DNA of 64,000 nt from an uncultured Actinomycetes bacterium (GCA_964631685.1 CAZVZU010000006.1:1-64000); one strand, 5' to 3'; counted from the first letter of the stretch, positions 1 to 7,905 are shown. Notes: generated by a model not told the origin, from the sequence alone. Made by a program: numbers and translations.

Positions 1-20
1 AACAGAGACACCATTTTGGG

Positions 21-3000
21 ATTGAAATGATTGACCTGCTTGAAGGGATTACGACCCTCAATGTTTTGAGGCAGGCTACTCTATTTTTAATATTGAAATG
101 ATTGACCTGCTTGAAGGGATTACGACCAAGATCTAATAAATCCATAGCCTCTTGGAGATCGCCATTGAAATGATTGACCTGCTTGAAGGGATTACGACGG
201 CTGTTTTGTACGAGGGGACGCCGACGTTACGCCTAATTGAAATGATTGACCTGCTTGAAGGGATTACGACCAGTCTCTTCATCCCTGAAGCAGACACTCT
301 TAAAAGTATTGAAATGATTGACCTGCTTGAAGGGATTACGACATAATATGCCTTTTCTATTACAGCTCCATCTATCCATTGAAATGATTGACCTGCTTGA
401 AGGGATTACGACATTCCCTGTAAATTCTAAATCCGCTTGACCCCTTTTTAATTGAAATGATTGACCTGCTTGAAGGGATTACGACGAATTCAAATTCCGT
501 GTGTGTCTTATAAGGGCTACAATTGAAATGATTGACCTGCTTGAAGGGATTACGACTCGAGCAGTCTGCCTGCTTTTTTTATATTGCTCTTTATTGAAAT
601 GATTGACCTGCTTGAAGGGATTACGACACAAAAATCCTTACTGAGTACCTGAAGGACGTACGATTGAAATGATTGACCTGCTTGAAGGGATTACGACTCA
701 ACAGGAAGTTGATATTTGTCAGAATATTTACCTATTGAAATGATTGACCTGCTTGAAGGGATTACGACGTTATATTCAACCTCATAATAATTATCTTGAT
801 TTTTGATTGAAATGATTGACCTGCTTGAAGGGATTACGACAATTCATCGTCCTCGCTTATAGCCAGGACAAATTTTTTATTGAAATGATTGACCTGCTTG
901 AAGGGATTACGACAAGCTTTTCCGTTACAGCATCCATATTGAAAATGGCTAATTGAAATGATTGACCTGCTTGAAGGGATTACGACCTTGAAATACTCGG
1001 AAAATGCGCTCCATATAAATGGATTGAAATGATTGACCTGCTTGAAGGGATTACGACTCAGTGCTCGCACGGCTGTTTTGTGCGAGAGGACGCCGATATT
1101 GAAATGATTGACCTGCTTGAAGGGATTACGACCGTCAAAGGAGCGACCAACTTCATCGCTCCCTTCAGTGCGATTGAAATGATTGACCTGCTTGAAGGGA
1201 TTACGACCGGAAAGCAATACTCATGTTAAGCAATCACTAAGATAAATTGAAATGATTGACCTGCTTGAAGGGATTACGACTTTCTTTATATGTGGAGTCC
1301 TTCAGACTCCTATAAATAATTGAAATGATTGACCTGCTTGAAGGGATTACGACCCCTGAGAGACATCTGCCTCAGAGGGGATAAAAACCATTGAAATGAT
1401 TGACCTGCTTGAAGGGATTACGACCTGTTGAAATATATTCTTTGATTGAAATCTTCAGCGATTGAAATGATTGACCTGCTTGAAGGGATTACGACAAATG
1501 CTCCATGTTCCCTAACGTTGCAAATTCTGACATATTGAAATGATTGACCTGCTTGAAGGGATTACGACTTGAGGTTGACAGAAAGGTTAGACAATCACTA
1601 ATCTAATTGAAATGATTGACCTGCTTGAAGGGATTACGACGGTAGGCTTCCAAAACCTTTAATAAAAAATTCAGTTTTTATTGAAATGATTGACCTGCTT
1701 GAAGGGATTACGACTACTTTATTTCAATTTCCATACTCCCTCCGTTTATGCCTGATTGAAATGATTGACCTGCTTGAAGGGATTACGACTGCGAGAGGAC
1801 GCCAACGTTACGCCTAACTCCCTTTGAATTGAAATGATTGACCTGCTTGAAGGGATTACGACCTTCTACCGGTGCACGGTTATCGACAACCGTGCAAGTA
1901 TTGAAATGATTGACCTGCTTGAAGGGATTACGACGCTAAAATCATTCCATTTCGCAGGCGTGGCAATTTCTAAATTGAAATGATTGACCTGCTTGAAGGG
2001 ATTACGACGATAACGCCATACGATGTTATCACGAACGTTTTAAATTATTGAAATGATTGACCTGCTTGAAGGGATTACGACAATTACTACTATAACAAAC
2101 AAAAAACATTCTACCATTAATTGAAATGATTGACCTGCTTGAAGGGATTACGACTTCAATCGCAATCCCCTCCTTCGACTTCTTCAATTATTGAAATGAT
2201 TGACCTGCTTGAAGGGATTACGACTTAAACTCAACCCCGGAACTAATCCGGGAATTCATTATTGAAATGATTGACCTGCTTGAAGGGATTACGACTAAAA
2301 AATTTTGGTTCCATACTGCCTCCTTCATGCCTGATTGAAATGATTGACCTGCTTGAAGGGATTACGACTTTTCCGAGCAATGCTTTAAGCTCGGTTTTTG
2401 TTCTATATTGAAATGATTGACCTGCTTGAAGGGATTACGACAAAATCAATTAAATAAATTTTAACACCCTCAAAGTACAATTGAAATGATTGACCTGCTT
2501 GAAGGGATTACGACTTTATAGGCGTGGCTATTTTCGAGCCAACCCTTTTTTGATTGAAATGATTGACCTGCTTGAAGGGATTACGACTAGATCGGCCATC
2601 GACCTGAAGGTAAATTCATCAAGATTGAAATGATTGACCTGCTTGAAGGGATTACGACTTTTCCGAGCAATGCTTTAAGCTCGGTTTTTGTTCTATATTG
2701 AAATGATTGACCTGCTTGAAGGGATTACGACCGTAAGACGTTATCACGAAAGTTTTATATTCGACGCCTATTGAAATGATTGACCTGCTTGAAGGGATTA
2801 CGACGATAACGCCATAAGACGTTATCACGAATGTCTTATATTATTGAAATGATTGACCTGCTTGAAGGGATTACGACTGCAGATCGGCTGGGGTTTTCCA
2901 CGTGAACTCATCAAGGATTGAAATGATTGACCTGCTTGAAGGGATTACGACCTTATCTTGAACCCCCTAAAGGAAATTTGACTGCTACATTGAAATGATT

Positions 3001-3386
3001 GACCTGCTTGAAGGGATTACGACGCGGCTGTTTTGCGTGAGAGGACGCCAATGCTACACCTAATTGAAATGATTGACCTGCTTGAAGGGATTACGACTGC
3101 ATGGCTAAATCTTCAAAGTATGTCCAGATTATAATTGAAATGATTGACCTGCTTGAAGGGATTACGACTGTATGAATACCTGCATTATGGCAGGCTTTAA
3201 GCATCAATTGAAATGATTGACCTGCTTGAAGGGATTACGACCCAGCTCTTTCAAGCTGACAAATTTGAGGGTATCACCCATTGAAATGATTGACCTGCTT
3301 GAAGGGATTACGACTTTTCTTTCCACGCATTATTAAACTGCTGTTTGACGGATTGAAATGATTGACCTGCTTGAAGGGATTACGAC
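21..3386 (+). CRISPR. CRISPR array with 47 identical 35-nt repeats (ATTGAAATGATTGACCTGCTTGAAGGGATTACGAC) and 46 complete spacers of 35-40 nt; truncated by the left window edge; type III-like
   Basis: Repeats counted directly (first 21-55, last 3352-3386, period ~72 nt); 1-20 is a partial spacer. The + orientation and type III call are inferred from the GGG-ATTACGAC 3' end (weak hairpin followed by an 8-nt handle) and from spacers that are antisense to coding sequence. No cas genes in the window. Confidence 0.99.
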
Positions 3387-3468
3387 ACTGATTGCCTATT
3401 TTAAAAAAGCAATTTTTGCTAAATATAGGATAATTAACAACAATAATGGAACTTATAAATTAAGTGTT

Positions 3469-3549
3469 TTGCAAATAATAAATAACCTGATATAAAATGC
3501 TTTAAAATTCACGGAATCGGAGGGTGAAGTAAAAATAGAGGAAGGAAAA
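3469..3549 (+). pseudogene. Fragment of a histidine kinase HATPase N-box with an in-frame stop
   Basis: Translates LQIINNLI*NALKFTESEGEVKIEEGK, matching the NL(L/I)xNAxKFT N-box motif; no intact ORF around it. Confidence 0.6.
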
Positions 3550-3788
3550 CTATTGAACACCACGAATGGTTTAAAAATAGAGGAAATTTAATTATCTGAA
3601 AATATTGAACTAAAGTAATAAAAAGAATAAAAAGATATGTCTAATTTTTAAAAAATCAGAATATGAAACTAACATATGGAAACAATAATAAATTCAACTC
3701 TTAGCATTTAAATATTGGAGCTGAAAATAACATAAAATTTTTAGCTATATTGTTGCTATTTAGCCTTTGCTTCTGTATTTTACTTAAT

Positions 3789-4127
3789 TTAAACTTTTCT
3801 TGAGCTACCAAAAGCTAAAATTGGTATAGCTAAAAATGGCAAGAAAAGACAAAAAATACCCCAAATCCAAGGATTTTTACCTAAATTTTTACTTATTTGC
3901 CCCCATATATATCCTATTACTATAATATTAACAAATGGTATAAATAAAGTAATCAGCCATAATAAGTTAACATTGCTGTTTTCCATTAATAAAGCAAGAT
4001 TGTATATCGGTATTAAATACCACACATATCCTTTTTCTCCTCCTAATTTTTTCCCTATTTTATACATAAAATAAGCAAATAAAGCGTATATCCCTATTTT
4101 GAATAATAAAATAAAGCTTGAACTCAT
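3789..4127 (-). CDS. Small membrane protein (DUF5684-like)
   Basis: 112 aa, several hydrophobic segments, WxxIPIYN and LPFLAIPILAFG motifs, GGAGGTGA Shine-Dalgarno. Confidence 0.65.
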   Translation of the reverse strand: MSSSFILLFKIGIYALFAYFMYKIGKKLGGEKGYVWYLIPIYNLALLMENSNVNLLWLITLFIPFVNIIVIGYIWGQISKNLGKNPWIWGIFCLFLPFLAIPILAFGSSRKV

Positions 4128-4320
4128 ACCTCACCTCCATTAACAAAATGTTTATTCATTTTGATTTTCCTTTTATTTATTTAAGTTATTTTTTAGCTTA
4201 TTAATGAGGCTTTAGAATTAAAATGGTCGAAGGGATTATGGCAATATATCACTTCAAGCAGATCAATCCTCTATATAGAATGTTGCAAAAAAATATAAAC
4301 AGCAAGTATGCAGAACATTG

Positions 4321-5580
4321 TTACCTTATAATTTCTGAAAATACTTCTTCATTTACATTTCCCAATAGTGTTTGTAATTTTTGGTGCATTGATGCTTTCA
4401 GGACTGTTATCGTTTGTTCGGAAGACTGGGGAATAAAAGATAGCTTTTGTTCGGAGAATTTTGCATCTTCTGATTCTCTCATAAAACAACCTCCGGAAAC
4501 TAATGATAAAACACAACCCTTTATCTCATTTTGTCCAAAATCATATACAGAACCAATTCCGTCAATCACATCACCAAGCATTACCCCCTGATATGCTAAC
4601 TTGTTTTCTGATAAATATCGACATATTGTGAGAAGAATTTCATTGTTCTGGATTTTAAAAACCGGCGTCCCTTTAGAAAGCAATAAATTATAGTTTTCTA
4701 CTGTATGTATTTCTCCAAGTCTGGTAATTGCCGGAACATCTTTAAAATTTTTAATAGATGCATATTTAAAAAGTAACCTGTACTCACTTGGCGGATTATG
4801 CACCATCTTTAACTGAGTATCATTAGCCACATATCTGATAAAATCTACAAATCTTGTAAATCCAAGACTGAAATAATTAAAATTTATAATTCTGTACGAC
4901 GCTGCCTGGCTAAAAATTGAAATATTAAGCCCGACATTTTTTAACACATATATGGCATCTTTATTACTAGCAAAGAATAATAAAATGTTCTTTGCTTCAC
5001 TTATAATTTGTTCACGTGTTGTTTTAACCGGCTGGAACTTTCTACTAAATTCAATCAAAATAGGATCTGTAAATTCAGTCTGTACACATTGTTCGCCGTA
5101 CTCATCTTTAGGTTCATCTATCCAAATAAAATCATCACATACAGCCTTAAAAATACGATTGGTTGTCCTTTTAAACGCGCAACCTATCACCATATAACCA
5201 TACTCATGTAATTTCTTAGCTAATGAAGAAAAACCGCCGTCACCAGATACGATAACAAAAATTTCAATTGCTTTTCTGGTAAAAGCTATATCTATTGCAT
5301 CTATAGCCAACTGTATATCTGAAGCGTTCTTTTGCGGTCCACGACCAAAACCAAACATCTGAATTGGTTCTATTCCAAGTTCAATAATATCACCACGTAA
5401 GATATTTAAACGAGGGTCACTCCAATTTGCATATGCTCGCTGGATAGCAATTTGACCTATATCTTTTTTTAATATTTCTTCATATACGTCTTTAAGTGAT
5501 AAGCTTGACAACATATCAGCATTCCCATAGCCACCTATAAGATTCTCAATATCATACAATATTGCAGTAATAAATTTCAT
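4321..5580 (-). CDS. NYN (LabA/DUF88 PIN-like) ribonuclease-domain protein with an OST-HTH/LOTUS-like segment and a C-terminal extension
   Basis: Motifs YDIENL, RAYANWS, KNASDIQLAIDA, VSGDGGFSSLA; LOTUS-like FNYFSLGFTRFVDFI; strong SD at 5585-5592. Confidence 0.85.
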   Translation of the reverse strand: MKFITAILYDIENLIGGYGNADMLSSLSLKDVYEEILKKDIGQIAIQRAYANWSDPRLNILRGDIIELGIEPIQMFGFGRGPQKNASDIQLAIDAIDIAFTRKAIEIFVIVSGDGGFSSLAKKLHEYGYMVIGCAFKRTTNRIFKAVCDDFIWIDEPKDEYGEQCVQTEFTDPILIEFSRKFQPVKTTREQIISEAKNILLFFASNKDAIYVLKNVGLNISIFSQAASYRIINFNYFSLGFTRFVDFIRYVANDTQLKMVHNPPSEYRLLFKYASIKNFKDVPAITRLGEIHTVENYNLLLSKGTPVFKIQNNEILLTICRYLSENKLAYQGVMLGDVIDGIGSVYDFGQNEIKGCVLSLVSGGCFMRESEDAKFSEQKLSFIPQSSEQTITVLKASMHQKLQTLLGNVNEEVFSEIIR

Positions 5581-5616
5581 TTAGTCACCTCCAGATAACT
5601 ATCCACTAATTGCATA

Positions 5617-5645
5617 CTTATACATAATGACACGGATATTGTCAA
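5617..5645 (-). promoter_or_regulatory. Sigma70-type promoter for the NYN gene
   Basis: TTGACA-17 nt-TATAAG on the minus strand, ~35 nt upstream of the ATG. Confidence 0.6.
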
Positions 5646-5940
5646 GCACTTGCCATTTAAACATCCAAGAGATACAGAACTCCCAAGGGTAAACGTTTAT
5701 ACTGTAATGGTGAACCATTACAATTTGGCAACGGTATCTTTCTTAGGATATTGTCAAGAATCCACTAAATAGAAAAGGACGTGATATAAATTACTATCTA
5801 AAATAATTTTATTTAGAAATCCTAGTGAACTTTTCGATATAGTTTTGACTATTTTTAGTATCTCCACGCAAGATCGGATGTAACAAAAAAATAGAATTAA
5901 TTGTTAATATATGGAATGTTGTGTCTGTGAAGGTTTTGAA

Positions 5941-6017
5941 TGGTCGGGACGACAGGATTTGAACCTGCGACCCCTTGCACCCCATGCAAGTGCGCTACCG
6001 AACTGCGCCACGTCCCG
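5941..6017 (-). tRNA. tRNA-Pro(GGG)
   Basis: Cloverleaf CGGGACG...CGTCCCG-ACCA, anticodon arm CTTGC-AT GGG GT-GCAAG, T-loop GTTCAAATC, encoded CCA. Confidence 0.97.
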
Positions 6018-6103
6018 ATATAAGAAAAACCGCTAAACAATACAAGCTAATAAAAGTAAGCTATACCCTTTGCGATTGTACTCTATAATGAAAAATTGTC
6101 AAG

Positions 6104-6147
6104 AGCAGGCAATTGCATGAAAAATATATTCCATACACTTGCCTGCT
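6104..6147 (-). terminator. Inverted repeat just downstream of rhlE (possible terminator or stabilising hairpin)
   Basis: AGCAGGCAA (6104-6112) / TTGCCTGCT (6139-6147); long loop and weak U-tract. Confidence 0.3.
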
Positions 6148-6156
6148 TAATAAGAT

Positions 6157-7563
6157 CTACGGATTAATTGTATGTTTACTGCCACTTACTCGCCGTTCAT
6201 GCCATTGCGGGTTGGACGTCTTCTTGTCTTGCCCATTTCGCCGTGAACGGTTACGCGTATCCGCGGAGCGTGACGTCTGTGTTGTTTTTCGTCCGGTTCG
6301 TGAGCGGGTAACTTTAGCCGAAAAACTAGCAGGCGGCACAAAACTACCATCAAACTCAACCTTCGGTATTTCACGTTTAATTAATCGTTCTATGTCCCTT
6401 AAATATCTAAACTCCTCTTTATCTACTAAAGATATAGCCTCGCCACTACTACCCGCGCGTCCTGTGCGTCCTATGCGATGCACATAATCCTTGGCCACAT
6501 TTGGTAATTCAAAATTTACAACATGCGGCAATTGATCGATATCCAATCCGCGTGCGGCAATATCTGTCGCAACTAGTACCGACATCATACCGCCCTTAAA
6601 CTGCGCCAATGCTTTGGTGCGTGCAGCTTGACTTTTGCTACTATGTATCGCTGCAGACGGAATGCCATCCGCCGACAACTTATCCGCTAATCTATTGGCG
6701 CCATGCTTGGTACGGGTAAACACTAGAACCTGTTTCCAATTATTATGTTTAATTAGATGAGAAAGCAGATGTCCTTTTAAACCCTGTGGTACAAGATGAA
6801 CACTATGCTCAACTAATTCCGGCAAGGCATTGCGATGCGCCACCTCAACAAAACCCGGATTACGCAATAGGCTATTAGAAAGAATCTTAATTTCGTTAGA
6901 TACGGTTGCCGAAAACAATAACGTCTGACGCTGCTTAGGTAGCAGTGCTATGATCTTTTTTATGTCGCGGATAAAGCCCATATCAAGCATCCTATCGGCT
7001 TCATCAAGAACCAAAATCTCTACATTGGATAAATTCAGCGTCTTTTGTCCAATATGGTCAAGTAACCGTCCCGGTGTAGCAGCAAGTACGTCTACGCGTC
7101 TGCGTAATGTCCTTATTTGAGGAACGATACTCACACCGCCAAACATAGCCATGGATTTTAACGGAAGATATTTACTGTAGCTACGTGCCGACTCTTCTAT
7201 TTGAGCTGCAAGTTCACGCGTTGGAGCGAGAACCAAGCAACGCGGAGAACCCTGTCTCAAGTTTGTAATTGATTTTTGAGTAAGACGATGCAATATCGGA
7301 AGCATAAATGCAGCAGTTTTACCAGTTCCGGTCTGCGCACCCGCCAATAAATCCCCCCCTGCCAACACTAACGGAATTGCCCGTGCCTGAACGGGAGTCG
7401 GAACGGTATATCCTTCATCGGCAATAGCGCGCATCAAAGGCTCCGTTAGTTTTAGGTCAGCGAAAGTAATTTTGTCCTTAGACAAAGTCGACTCATCCTC
7501 AACTGTTTTAAGTGTGACATCCTCTTTTAAATTTACGTCACAATTTTTTTTGTTTTTAAACAT
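6157..7563 (-). CDS. rhlE: DEAD-box ATP-dependent RNA helicase, RhlE-like
   Basis: Q motif, AQTGTGKT, PTRELA, DEAD, SAT, ARGLD, HRIGRTGRAG, basic C-tail. Start uncertain: ATG at 7563 preferred over 7629. Confidence 0.9.
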   Translation of the reverse strand: MFKNKKNCDVNLKEDVTLKTVEDESTLSKDKITFADLKLTEPLMRAIADEGYTVPTPVQARAIPLVLAGGDLLAGAQTGTGKTAAFMLPILHRLTQKSITNLRQGSPRCLVLAPTRELAAQIEESARSYSKYLPLKSMAMFGGVSIVPQIRTLRRRVDVLAATPGRLLDHIGQKTLNLSNVEILVLDEADRMLDMGFIRDIKKIIALLPKQRQTLLFSATVSNEIKILSNSLLRNPGFVEVAHRNALPELVEHSVHLVPQGLKGHLLSHLIKHNNWKQVLVFTRTKHGANRLADKLSADGIPSAAIHSSKSQAARTKALAQFKGGMMSVLVATDIAARGLDIDQLPHVVNFELPNVAKDYVHRIGRTGRAGSSGEAISLVDKEEFRYLRDIERLIKREIPKVEFDGSFVPPASFSAKVTRSRTGRKTTQTSRSADTRNRSRRNGQDKKTSNPQWHERRVSGSKHTINP

Positions 7564-7857
7564 TTTTCTTTTACCCCTTATTAAGGTTTTATATATATAA
7601 AACCTATTATTAACAAAAACAAAAAGCATTTATCCTACCGGTCGCAACTAATAGACGAAGCCTGAATAATTTCAAGCCCCCGCCCCGGCTGTTTCTGTTA
7701 ACTGAAATTGGATAACCGAAATTTTTATGATCTAAACAGTGAGACCTCAAAATGGGCGGCGAGAGTGCTTCTAATTATAGTATCAAATTTTTTATATTTT
7801 TTCAATTACAACTTTAGTAAAATATGTTTTATTGTTACTAAAACTTTATGTGCATAC

Positions 7858-7885
7858 TTGAAAATCGCAAAAAAAGTGATATCAT
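7858..7885 (+). promoter_or_regulatory. Candidate promoter for hsp20
   Basis: (C)TTGAAA-16 nt-TATCAT with a TGn extended -10; SD AGAGGTGA follows. Confidence 0.4.
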
Positions 7886-7905
7886 CAAGATAAGAGGTGA
7901 TATTT

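Noticed and set aside
152..1229. ORFs 152-346, 834-1217 and 1029-1229 with repeated peptides
   Set aside because: Translations of CRISPR repeats and spacers, not genes.
1058..1827. Twister-like (GCCUAACUCC) or hammerhead-like (CUGAAG) words in the 93-nt element
   Set aside because: The other required conserved motifs (twister L4, hammerhead GAAA) are absent.
2009..2842. Hammerhead ribozyme reading of sp28/38/39 (stem II-GAAA...UC)
   Set aside because: Only sp38 has GAAA; the others have GAAC and GAAT at a nearly invariant position, and the CUGANGA core is not covered by any spacer.
628..3279. 9-13-nt complementarities between other spacers (sp34/45, sp9/18, sp10/21, sp14/33, sp11/22)
   Set aside because: Matches this short are expected by chance among ~1.7 kb of AT-rich spacer sequence.
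56..3351. Self-targeting spacers or a specific Obelisk/Oblin assignment
   Set aside because: I saw no protospacer in the window by eye (not exhaustive) and no recognisable Oblin, RdRp or Rep motif in the spacer peptides.
21..3386. Minus-strand array orientation (repeat starting GTC) with a leader at 3387 onward
   Set aside because: The repeat 3' motif, antisense-to-mRNA spacers and the kinase relic on the right favour + orientation; not experimentally excluded.
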